A stretch of 64,000 bases of DNA from the NCBI GenBank assembly GCA_964016885.1, contig OZ024741.1, positions 191,828,001 through 191,892,000 of the forward strand, given 5' to 3'. The notes beneath the pieces are model-generated. The model was not told the origin of the DNA. It did not search any database and saw nothing but the letters and a program-made list of their open reading frames with translations. Made by a program: the position numbers and the translations under genes. Source of the stretch: Eledone cirrhosa. Its lineage: Eukaryota. Shown here piece by piece: positions 1 through 10,961 of the stretch (its first letter is position 1; every line of letters begins with the position of its first letter).

Positions 1-29
1 TATATATAATCATATATACATATATATAT

Positions 30-308
30 GTGATGTGTTGTTTCCTTGAGCAAGACACTTTATTTCACATTGCTCCAGTTTACTCAGCTGTAGAAATGAG
101 ATGATAGGGACTGGGGTCCCTATCATTCCACTGCAAAGTGGTCGTGGAGGTGCCACGGCAAAAAAGCACCCAGCACTCACTGTAAATGAGGTTGGTGTTA
201 GGAAAGGCATCCAACTGTAGAAATCAAGCCAGAATCAGTTCCCGTCCCACCCTTGCAAGCAGGGAAAAGCGGACGTAAAATGATGATGACGATGATGATG
301 ATGATGAT
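30..308 (+). mobile_element. SINE, 5'-truncated, with CORE-like domain and RTE-type 3' tail ending in (GAT)n
   Basis: TCCTTGAGCAAGACACTT core motif, then AAAAGCACCCAG...GTTGGTGTTAGGAAAGGCATCC, then tail CCCGTCCCACCCTTGCAAGC...CGGACGTAAAA(TGA)n. The tail matches the RTE 3' end at 50654-50700. Confidence 0.65.
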
Positions 309-610
309 ATGTACGTCAATACTCATCTTTTTCCATTTCTTAGAGGGTTCTAAACTCCACTATCAGGCTAAAATTTCGTATATATATCATATGTCATTGG
401 ACATATGATATATATACATCTAAACCCATACTAGTGTGGAAGGTAGACGTTAAACGATGATGATGATGTATATATATATATACCCAATTGCACCTCTCAA
501 GGGCGATGACACACGACTGAGACCTCTGGCGTCATGCAGTAATACAGAAGACCCGACTCCCCACGGGTACAAGCCGAAGCTGAAGCATATAGACAATATG
601 CCCCCACCCC

Positions 611-885
611 CTCCCACTGCAAAGTGGTCGTGGAGGTGCCACGGCAAATAAGCACCCAGCCCACACTGTAAACTGAACATGTAGGCACCACGGAAAAAAG
701 CACCCAGCACTCACTGTAAATGAGGTTGGTGTTAGGAAGGGCATCCAGCTGTAGAAATCAAGCCAGAATCAATTCCCGTATGAGCAAGACAAGGTCAGCC
801 GACTGGACACTGCCCACAACAGGACAACCCGTCTAACCCATGCTAGCATGGAAGAACGGACATAAAACAGTGATGATGATGATGA
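611..885 (+). mobile_element. Second copy of the same SINE body with (GAT)n tail
   Basis: Near-identical to 128-243 with an internal duplication of GCACCCAGC...CACTGTAAA. Ends CCCATGCTAGCATGGAAGAACGGAC...(GAT)n. Confidence 0.65.
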
Positions 886-1089
886 TATATGTGTGTGTGT
901 ATATATATATATGTATATATATGTGTATATATATATATATGTATATATATATATAAATATATGTACGTATATATATGTATATATATATATATGTATATAT
1001 ATGTGTATATATGTGTGTATATATATGTGTATATATATGCGTATATATATATATATATGGATATATATGTGTATATATATATATATATA
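886..1089. repeat. (TA)n/(TG)n microsatellite
   Basis: Directly visible; the mariner is inserted at its right edge. Confidence 0.95.
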
Positions 1090-2383
1090 CGAGGGGGGAT
1101 CAAAAAGTTCGCGGAATTTTATCGTAGTCAGAAAAAAATCAGGTTAAAACAATATTAAACATGTCAGAACATTGTCACTTGGTGTTTACCTTGCAGTCAC
1201 TTGCAGTCAGTTATGCGTGGACTATTGTACAGTACTGACACTCCTTAAACAACCTCTTTTTGGAACAATGGAAAATAGATATTTTGAGATAAGATCGAAT
1301 ATCAAATTTCTGGTGAAACTCAAATGGAATGGGACACAGATTATGGAGGCTTTAGTTAAAGTTTACAGTACTACTGCTGTCTACAAATGGATTCAGCGAT
1401 TCAAACAAGGGAGAGACGACCTTGAAGACGACCATCACAGCGGAAGACTAGGAACATCAAAACATGACCAAAACGTTGAGGCTGCTCAGACTTTAATTGA
1501 AGAAGATCGAAGAATAACAGTTAATCAGTTAGCTAAGTCCCTAGACATTTCATATGGTTCGGCAAATTCAATTCTGCACGATAATTTGGGACTAAGCAAG
1601 CTTTCAGCGCGATGGGTCCCAAAAGCGTTGCACCCTGATCAGCTGATTCTTCGAAGTGATCTGTCTTTGGCGATATTAAACAAAATTGAAGTTGATGAAG
1701 AGCATTTCCTGACCAGAATCATCACCGGAGATGAAACCTGGATCTACCAGTATGATGCTGAATCCAAACAGCAGTCAAAACAGTGGCTTCCACGTGGATC
1801 ATCGGGGCCAATCAAGTTCAAATCTCAAAAGTCGGATCAAAAAGTGATGGCCACCATTTTCTGGGATTCAGATATGGTGATACTAATAGATTATCTTGAA
1901 GGTCAAAGAACTGTGACAGGAGCTTACTATGCAAATGTTTTAAGGAAGCTGAAAGAGGCATTAGTCAAGAAACAAAAAGGGAAACTTCATGGTGGGATCT
2001 TGTTTCACCATGACAATGCACCAGCGCATTCTGCGTGGGTTGCAAAAGAAGTTCTTCGAGAATTTCGATGGGAAGTGCTTCCTCACCCGCCTTATAGTCC
2101 AGATTTAGCCCCATCAGACTTTTTCCTCTTTCCAAAACTCAAAGAAATGCGAAAAGGAACCCGTTTTAGTGGTGTTGAAGAAGCTAAAAACACTGCCAAC
2201 ACATGGCTTCGAACAAGGCCTTCAACTTTCTTTAGAGACGGCTTACGAAGCTGGAAGCATCGCCTTGTCAAGTGTATTGACCTGGATGGCAACTATGTAG
2301 AAAAATAAATTGAAGGCAAATCATATTTTTTGAAAAATAGAATATTTTCTGAAAAATTCCGCGAACTTTTTGATCCCCCCTCG
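1090..2383 (+). mobile_element. Full-length mariner DNA transposon (irritans/Hsmar2-like)
   Basis: Perfect 31-bp TIRs CGAGGGGGGATCAAAAAGTTCGCGGAATTTT at both ends, TA flanks, 1294 bp. Confidence 0.96.
1268..2308 (+). CDS. Mariner DD34D transposase, 346 aa from ATG 1268
   Basis: Uninterrupted ORF with WVPK, ITGDETW, HHDNAPAH and YSPDLAPSD motifs; 34 residues lie between the 2nd and 3rd Asp. Confidence 0.95.
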   Translation: MENRYFEIRSNIKFLVKLKWNGTQIMEALVKVYSTTAVYKWIQRFKQGRDDLEDDHHSGRLGTSKHDQNVEAAQTLIEEDRRITVNQLAKSLDISYGSANSILHDNLGLSKLSARWVPKALHPDQLILRSDLSLAILNKIEVDEEHFLTRIITGDETWIYQYDAESKQQSKQWLPRGSSGPIKFKSQKSDQKVMATIFWDSDMVILIDYLEGQRTVTGAYYANVLRKLKEALVKKQKGKLHGGILFHHDNAPAHSAWVAKEVLREFRWEVLPHPPYSPDLAPSDFFLFPKLKEMRKGTRFSGVEEAKNTANTWLRTRPSTFFRDGLRSWKHRLVKCIDLDGNYVEK

Positions 2384-2446
2384 TATATATATTATATGGA
2401 ATAAGAAAATGCAAAGTAGTTTCAGATATTAAAGTCCTTTATTGAT

Positions 2447-2515
2447 AAGACTGTGATACATATTTCAATGATGACATTCCGCCTAACCTGTGCCATGATC
2501 TCATCAGACAACTTC
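2447..2515 (-). ncRNA. Type I hammerhead ribozyme motif in a PLE-like terminal repeat
   Basis: Minus strand reads UUGU-CUGAUGA-stem II-GAAA-U-AUGU-AUC-ACAG. Stem I is UUGU/ACAG and the cleavage triplet is AUC. Confidence 0.6.
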
Positions 2516-3401
2516 TTACATAATAACATTACGTTCTCAGTGGTAGTGGTATAAGTTTCAATACTACCTCTGATTTATGCTCGGACAATAGAATTGACCA
2601 TCACCCGCGAAGAGAATATAAACTTAATTCTAGGATCTAGATATGGCTTCACAATGGAAATTAAAATTGGCAATAAGATCGAAAATTAGAAATTAAAAGT
2701 TAAAACTTGATTGAAGTTAATAAAAAAAATAATAAATAAGAAATTATTTAAAAAATAATAAATAAGAAATTATAGTTAGAAATTATTAGAAAGGGATCAA
2801 TATTGGATATTACAGATATGTTATCCATATATTGAACGATAGTACCATAACGAAGAATGGAAGATAAATTTAATGTATAGAATGTGATAATTAAACAAAC
2901 AATTAGTTAATATCTTCGTCTATCACATGATCCCAAAACAAAAAAATATATAGATACAAAATGAGAGAGGAAAAAATATGTGATAAAAACCATGTATATA
3001 TATATATCGAGATGGTAGGGGTGACGAAAATAGTGAGTACAATTACTTTCACAATGCAGTGAGAATATTGGTCATTTTTGTCCATGTAATGTGCACAGGA
3101 ATTTCATTGTCCGTCTGTTATCGGCTGAAGTAAGAGGGGGCTTCGGTTCCAGGCCTCTGTGTGAAATGCAAGTTGTTGCAGCAAAATAAGGGATTTTACG
3201 TTGCTTTTGGTCCCTTTAATTATCCAGTCGAAAGCTTGTTCATAATTTTAAGTCCGTCCAGTGGTAGGGATATCCAGTATGTGTAATCAGTCCCACGGTA
3301 GAGGGAATTTCCAGGTGTAGTTGATAGCTGTTGTCTTCACTTCTTCAAATATATTGGTTACATCATAAAGCGCTCAATATTTAGTAGCTTAGTAGCTAAA
3401 T

Positions 3402-4095
3402 CTTCCAGTAAACATTGATGCAATTCAATTCAAGGACTCTACATACTTTATCCACATAGGAGTGACGAAGTATATTTAGAATAAGAAAATGCGAAGTAGT
3501 TTCAGATGTTAAAGTCCTTTATTGATAAGGCTGTGATACACCTAAACAGTGCCATAATCTCAGCAGACAGCTTCTTACATAATTAGGTTACGTTCTCGAG
3601 GCAATCCAAATTAAAACAAGGGGTAGATTAGAAACCCTACCACTACCACAGAGTTTTGGTCAGCTGCTGCTGGACGTAGGACTAGCAGTAAACTATAACT
3701 TGGTGGCTACCATGAACCATGAACCCTGTGACCATATCACCTTACTGGCTGGGATGGCGAAGAATCGTTGTGTTTTGGGCCAACTTCCTTCACATTTGCA
3801 CCCCCAAGGAGAATTGGCGCTCAAGGGAACAGGTGAAGGCTTCAAGAACATCATCTTTCTCAATTCCCTTGTCATTTTAATTTGGACTGCTTCGAGAACG
3901 TAACCTTATTATGTAAGAAGCTGTCTGATGAGATCATGGCACTGGTCAGGTGGAACCGCATGACCACTGTCATTGAAATATGTATCAATAAAGGATTTTA
4001 ACATCTGAAACTACTTCATATTTTCTTATTCTAAATATACTATGTCATTCCTATCTGGAAAAAGTGTGTTTGAATTGAATTGCATTAATGTTTAC
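3402..4095. repeat. Diverged inverted repeat (arms ~3402-3600 and ~3893-4095), same family as 2393-2545; hammerhead core at 3918-3986 (+)
   Basis: TAAACATTGATGCAATTCAATTCAA pairs with TTGAATTGAATTGCATTAATGTTTA. The right arm carries CTGATGA...ATGGCA-TGGTCA/TGACCA-TGTCAT...GAAATATGTATC but has lost the 3' strand of stem I. Confidence 0.7.
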
Positions 4096-4173
4096 CGTAA
4101 GTAGATGTATATATATATAGTAGTGAAAGAGTGAAGAATAACATGGTCAGCTGTACAAAAAGGGTTTTATTTA

Positions 4174-4288
4174 CAGTATTAACAATTGTTTCATTGATCA
4201 GGTGAGTCTAAAGGCCGCTAATCACTCGAAGTTGCGTCACTCGACCTTAAATACAGTGTGTGTTTCTGATCAAATCATCGGAATACTG
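4174..4288 (-). ncRNA. Type I hammerhead motif (CCGAUGA core, palindromic stem III) at the 3' end of a Naiad-type PLE
   Basis: CAGUAUU-CCGAUGA-UUUGAUCAG...CUGAUCAAU-GAAAC-AAUU-GUU-AAUACUG. Stem I is 7 bp, stem II is 8 bp, and AATAAA follows immediately. Confidence 0.7.
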
Positions 4289-4919
4289 GAGGGTGTAACA
4301 AATGGCATTGGTATTTATAGATACATTGGATAATCAAGTGAATGAAAACAATAACATCAATAATAAAAGATAATAATAAAGAAGTGAAAATGAAAATGAT
4401 AAAGATGTAAAAAGTAAGTAAAAAATAAGTACAGAATACGATTGCTGATAATAGTAGTGGTGGTGGTGGTTGAAGTTATAATGGTGAGTAAGTGGATATG
4501 TAAAATAGTGATGACGGTAAAGATAACAATAACATGAAAAGAAATACGAAATACATGATATGTAGTATAAATGCAAGAGGTATTATCAAATCTCAGAGGA
4601 TTAAAATAAAAAATAAAAAATAGCAAGTAAGAGAGAAAGAGATAAGGGAGGAAAGGAGACAGAGAGTGGGGATAAGGATTCGAGGATGAGACATAAGGGG
4701 TAGGGCTAAGGACGGGGAAGGGGTAGATAGATAGATAGAGAATAAAAAGTGAAAGGGGCAGTGATGATGTATGGGTGATTAAAGTCTGGCAGACTGAACG
4801 GTTGGTCAGTTGACAGCTAATGACAGTGGAGCTAGTACATTGGTTCTGTTTGAATTCCGAGATTGGTGGATGGAATTATGCCATTAGAGAACTTGGTAGC
4901 TGCTTTGTGCCTAGAGAAA

Positions 4920-5411
4920 AATTGATCGTTCTATTTTGTTGTTAATCAGCATTTTATCATAATCTAAAATATGGAGCAGCTCCATATTGCAAAGTCCACA
5001 GTGGGACATTCCATTTTGTAAGCTCTTGCACTCAATAACTTCGACCAGCTAATCTCATATTCCTGGTTGATGTCCTTAAGCTGCCAGATCTTATTGGCCA
5101 GCGTCGTTGAGTTCTCTAGTCTACGGTTTTTTATAGAATGCCTATGCACATACCATCTTTTTTTTAAATTCCCCAGCTGTAGAACGTATGTAATGCCATG
5201 CTAAGTTGCCTCATTTGATAGTACACAGGTACACTATACTTGATTCCAGGCATCTATTTTAGTGGGCATCAACCAGGAATGTGAGATTAGCTGGTCGAAG
5301 TTATCGAGTGCAAGGGCCTACAAAAAGGGAATGTCTCACTGCGGACTTTGCAATATGGAGCTGCTCCATATTTTAAAGTATGATAAAATGCTGCTTAACA
5401 ACAAAATAGAA
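4920..5411 (-). pseudogene. Naiad-type PLE GIY-YIG C-terminal relic with local inverted duplication (4929-5075 versus 5265-5411)
   Basis: STTLANKIWQLKD..YEISW and CGLCNME..IL..LLNNK match the C-terminus of the 12673-13869 ORF; the segment is present in both orientations. Confidence 0.75.
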
Positions 5412-5412
5412 C

Positions 5413-6012
5413 AGTCGTGCATGGATGTCAAAAACGTTCGCAAGTGGTGTTTACAGCCGGTCGTACTGAAATTCACGACGAACAAAGGAGCGGGAGATCG
5501 TCGCAAAGGTTGAGGAAAACATGCATAAAGATCGGTGGATCACTCTGAATGCTCTCTGCATTTTGGTTCTTGAGGTTTCCCGAAACACCATCCACAGGAT
5601 TTTAACGGAAAAATTGCGACTGTCTCGTCGGAAATTGGCGGTCTCACGCTCCTTTGTTCGTCGTGAATTTCAGTACGACCGGCTGTAAACTCTCTAATCA
5701 CTTGCGAACGTTTTTTACATCCATGCACGACTGTCTATACACTTCCGTCAATTGGCGATGAATTTCAATCGATTCAACGCCTTTTGCGTTCAAAAACCGA
5801 ATAACTGCGCGAACTTCGCACTTGGTGGTAGCGTTCAACGGCAGCTCCATTCTCAACGGCTGCTAAGCCAAGATTGAGCATCTCGACGAAGCGCGCGCAT
5901 GCTTGTTTGGGAGTGAAGGAAGCACCAATCACAACAGTGTTGCCAACAGCCGTACGAACAGTTTCTCTGCGTCCCCATCGCTTTGGAGACCTTACTTTTG
6001 GGATTGTCCTCG
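5413..6012 (-). mobile_element. 5' fragment of a second mariner family with an inverted duplication of its HTH-coding segment
   Basis: TIR-like TA-CGAGGACAATCCCAAAAGTAAG at 6012. Peptide VRKW..FTAGRTEIHDEQRS. 5413-5492 is inverted relative to 5648-5730. Confidence 0.7.
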
Positions 6013-6557
6013 TATAATTGAATATAAAAGAGATAGAAACACAGACATATACATTTATGTGTTCAAATTGTAAGGGACCAGATTCGCTAAGGTGGAAAAG
6101 ATACTAACTAAGGACAATAGGGTTTGCCAGACTCAATTTAAGAATAAATCAAGAAAATAAATACAAACCGGAATTGTGGTAACTACCAATCACCCAGACA
6201 GCGTTTGGCGATGTTGTTTCGCAATCCAATTGTGAAGAGAATTACCAATTCTTATTGTTCATCAGTGGGTGAAAAATTAGTAAACTCCTCATTTCGAAGT
6301 ATATCAGAAAACTGAATAGTGTGTGTATATACAATAACGCACGTGGTATCAGAACCTAGCGTGTCTCACAAACTCATACCATTAAAAATAGCAGCCAAGT
6401 TTACTCGACATTTAAATTAGTTCAACAAATTAACGGAGCCAAATATATCAAAGGTATATATTGAGTTAGAAACTCAAAATAGTCTCTTACGAATCTGGTC
6501 CCTTACGATTTGAACACATATATGTATATGTCTGTGTTTATCTCTCTTTTATATTCA

Positions 6558-6563
<6 letters not shown>
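6013..6563. mobile_element. Non-coding fold-back element with ~80-bp terminal inverted arms
   Basis: 6013-6093 and 6488-6563 are reverse complements (AATTGAATATAAAAGAGA...AAGGGACCAGATTCG); the element abuts a (TA)n tract. Confidence 0.75.
6191..6271 (-). ncRNA. Type I hammerhead ribozyme motif
   Basis: CACCCA-CUGAUGA-ACAAU...AUUGC-GAAAC-AACAUCGCCAAACGCU-GUC-UGGGUG. Stem I is a perfect 6 bp and the triplet is GUC; there are mismatches at the base of stem II and in stem III. Confidence 0.75.
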
Positions 6564-6824
<261 letters not shown>

Positions 6825-9034
6825 TTTAACGAAGGGTATTAGTAAGAAGTTATTAAATTGATTAACACGGTTATTAGATGAAATAACAATAATAATAAGA
6901 ATAAATGTAATAACGAGAATATAAAGAATAAGTGATTTGGTTATATATGGTTTACTTCACGTGAATCAATTAAAAAGTACATATAAAACAGTTACCAAGA
7001 GTTGTTAATTTTGTTATTGTTGTTGATGTGAAAACAGCGAGCAAACAGATAATGTTGTTGTTGGAAGTTGGAGTCCGTGGTAGTAATTCTGAGACCGTAG
7101 TGAGTAAGAGAGGGAAATATGGTTTGTATACCTCTGTTATGGTCTGTAGTAACTGTGAACCACCGTGGCCTGCAGACAGCGGTGAATCTTCCACATTTGT
7201 GTTCTGTAGTAGTAGGGCTCCAATCACTCTGATTTCTGTAGACCTTTGGGGTCTGTAGTAACTGTGAATCTTTACATAGTTAGTTAGTAGCGTAATGCTC
7301 CGATCTTTCTTGTCTTTCTGTAGACCACTGGGGTCTGTTGATAGTGGTGAATCTTTCACATAGCTTGTTCTGTAGTGGGGTGCTCCGATGTCTCTATGTA
7401 AACGTGGGATGATACAGGCTTTATATACCTGGGATAGCCAACGCATCAACCTGTTCACACCAAAAGAGTGATGACCCAGAATGTGACCTTTAGGTGTCAC
7501 CCAAGGTTCAAGGCGTGGACAGATCTCGCTATATTAGTTCCCTACCCAGATCGATGCAGGAGCAGCGATCGATTATAAAAGGGGTAGCGAAATCTGATTC
7601 CTAGAAGCGTGTCCCAAAACACACAAAATGTGGGTACTGCGCCCGCACTTAGAGTGCAGAGAAATTTGGAACGAGAAAAAAACATCGTATAACTGTGTAT
7701 GCATGTGTGTGTGTAACATTTAGAAGGAACTGTAAAAATACAAAGTTGTGATCATGTATTTCGAACTCTTGTGTATGGATGGATGTACGTTGGGGTTATG
7801 GTATCGGATTACGATATGATAACACAGAGGACTATTTCTCTCGATGTATCATCATACGTAAGATTCTTTTCCGGTGAGTCGTGGTTTACGCTATGACATG
7901 AATGTGTGCAATTTTGAGTTGCGTGCTCAGTGAGTCGAGCGAGTCGTAACCGTGGGTTGATTATCATGTGTTAAATAGCTGTTGCCGAACCTCGACCAGT
8001 TGAATCTCGAAGTGTTATCATACGTAAGATTCTCTTCCAATGAGTCGATGTTTATGCTATGACATGAGTGTGTGCAATTTTGATTTACGTGCTCAGTGAG
8101 TCGAGCGAGTAGTAACCGTGGGTTGATTATCATGTGTTTAATAGCTTTTGCCGTACCTTGACCAGTTGAAAAGTGATCCCGCAGAGACCCAACTGAATCC
8201 AGAATATACTATAGACAAAAACATGTTGGTGTGTGACAAAGAAAATGATGTGTGTTTGATGGAAAACGTGTTATTCATACAGGCATATAATATAGTAAAA
8301 CGAATAACAAAAATAAAAATGACATTCATATACAACCTGCAAAAAAAAATTTTTTTGAATATTTATATAATTGTTCTTTACAAAAAGTTCTGTTTTCTCT
8401 TCTTTATATGATTGGATTCTTGCTAGGAAGCTAGTAGTATTGTTTGTTGTTGTTGTTGTTGGAGATTACGAAGCAAGTAGTGAAGTGTTTGGCAAGAGAA
8501 AGTTGCTGATAATGGCAAAAGAAGCCATGATCATATCAAAAAGCTGCGTGGTTTTCTTTTTTTTTTAAATACCTCTTCGTATTATTTTTAAGTTTTTTTT
8601 AACGCCAAGTCACCAATTTAACGAAGGGTATAAATAAGAAATAGTTATTGTTGTTAGATGGATTAACATGGTTGTTAGAGAAAATAACATGAATAATAAT
8701 AATAAATGTAATAACGAGAATATAAAGAATAAGTGATTTGGTTATATATGGTTTACTTCACGTGAATCAATTAAAAATTACATATAAAAACAGTTACCAA
8801 GAGTTGTTAATTTTGTTATTGTTGTTGATGTGAAAACAGCGAGCAAACAGATAATGTTGTTGTTGGAAGTTGGAGTCCGTGGTAGTGATTCTGAGACCGT
8901 AGTGAGTAAGAGAGAGAGGGAGATATGGTTTGTATACCTCTGTTATGGTCTGTAGTAACTGTGAACCACCGTAGTCTGCAGACAGCGGTGAATCTTCCAC
9001 ATTTGTGTTCTGTAGTAGTAGGGCTCCAATCACT
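6825..9034 (-). mobile_element. Non-coding LTR retroelement: 3' LTR 6825-7533, truncated 5' LTR 8617-9034
   Basis: Direct repeat 6825-7230 = 8617-9034. On the minus strand a PBS-like TGGTGAC follows the 5' LTR (8604-8615) and a purine tract GGGTAGGGAA precedes the 3' LTR. An internal ~147-bp tandem duplication lies at 7845-8170; no gag or pol is seen. Confidence 0.65.
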
Positions 9035-10911
9035 GGTAAGGCACAGGTTGCTAAGGTCATATGTGTCTAGATAATTATTACTATAGGTAAGTTTAAGTAG
9101 GAGTCCCACACAGATAGATGGAACGGGTGGACCAGAGCCATACGGACCCCCGAAAACCACGATGAACTAAAGAAAATGATTGCACTTGCGTGGAGACCAG
9201 CATAAAATTAACCCTTAAGGAACATATGTTCAAATTTAATGGAAAAACATATGCCCAAGAGGAGGGAGCAGCCATTGGTGTTAGCATTGCAGGCGACATA
9301 GCTAACTTATTCATGGTATGGTGGGACAGTAGACTTAAACTTAAACTTAAAGAACAATTAGAAGACCCCTTAACCCTGATAATGTACTCCCGCTACGTTG
9401 ATGATATAAACATCGTAGTTAAAACACCCCCACTAGAGAACAGTCAGGAATTAGAGAAAAACACAATGGAAAGCATCCAGCAAATAGCTAACTCCATCCA
9501 CCAGAGTATTAGTGTTACTATAGACTACCCAAGCAAACACCCCAACCATCGATTACCTGTACTAGACACAGAGCTCTGGTTAGATACCATTAATAACAAA
9601 AAACAAATCCTCCATTCCCATTATGCCAAACCCATGACTTCCAAATATCTGATCCACCGAAACTCAGCTGTTTCGGACCATACCAAAATCAACATACTGA
9701 TTGCGGATTTGGTACGGATGATGAGAAACGTGTCCCGCATGTGCAACCCCGAAGAACTAGAGAGACACATACAACATTTCATCCACCGTATGCAGTTCTC
9801 TGGTTACAATCAGAGAGATAAAATCAGAGTGTATAGAGGAGCCAGAACCAAATGGAAAAAATGGTAAATAATGACACAAATGGGACCTGCCCCTTGTATA
9901 GGAGCAAATTTTGGAATAGAATAGAAAGAACTAGGAATAAGGCTAATAGAATAAACTCATGGTATGATAGCAATAAATACCAGAGTGTAATGTTCATCGA
10001 TACAACACCTAGAGGTGAATTAGCTTACAAATTTAGAAGGGCCCTAGATAAACATAAACTCAATATTAAGATAGTAGAAAGACCAGGTACCTCCATAAAA
10101 ACACTTATTAGCAAGACATACCCTTTTCAAAGACCCCCCTGTATAGATAAGAAATGTATAACCTGTAAATTAAGCCCCCATATTAACTGTAAAACTAGAA
10201 ATGTAGTATATAGCATAAGATGTACTGAAGGACAATGTAGAGATAAAAATATAGTGTACATAGGTGAGACAGCTCGTAGTGTAGGGGAACGGATAAATGA
10301 ACACTGGCGAGACCTTCAAGATAGTAAAGAATCATCTGTACTCCACTAACATGCTAAAATAGAACATAAGGATAAATTAGAGAACATAGAAATAAAAATA
10401 GAATCTACACACAGAAAAGACGCAATGTTTAGACAAATCACAGAGGCAATAAACATAAAAGAATTACAACCAAAATTAAATAGAAAAACATGAGTGGAAC
10501 AGCAACATCACAACTTACAATTAAGGACAAAATGAAAACACACACGCACATAGAACAAACAACCAACCAGTAACATGTAAATAAACAAATAAATAAACGA
10601 ATATAAACACACACATACACCCGGATGTGGCGCATGTGCAGACTGAGCACACAGCACACACACAGAAACAAGATGGCGTAGGACAGAACAAAGGAGAGGG
10701 CACAAAAACAAAGAAAAGAATCCCCAGTCACTGAAGAGGTCACAGAATGTGTGACGAAATCACTTTGACAATATATAAACACCCATCTGGTTGTGGAACC
10801 AACCAACCGGAAATTTATAAATTCCAAAATTTATAAATTTATTATAATAAATTGAAGTGAATGCAACTGGTCCGTGTGTTTCTTATTGGCAACATCACCC
10901 TCCCAAAGTAT

Positions 10912-10915
<4 letters not shown>
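9035..10915 (+). mobile_element. 5'-truncated Penelope-like retroelement (RT plus GIY-YIG), frameshifted and stopped
   Basis: QEEGAAIG, RYVDD and LPVLD RT motifs (9190-9867), then CxxC and NVVYSIRC..YIGETARS..RINEH (9852-10349). A 3' region with a hammerhead-like core follows. Confidence 0.9.
10727..10769 (+). ncRNA. Minimal hammerhead-like motif at the Penelope 3' end
   Basis: GUCA-CUGAAGA-G-GUCACA-GAAUG-UGUGAC-GAAA-UCACUU-UGAC. Stem III is vestigial; a homologue lies at ~30794-30836 (-). Confidence 0.5.

Positions 10916-10959
<44 letters not shown>

Positions 10960-10961
<2 letters not shown>

Noticed and set aside
536-600. Twister-like string TAA..CGGGTACAAGCCG
   Set aside because: The required GC after P2, the T1 partner and the P1 helix could not be found.
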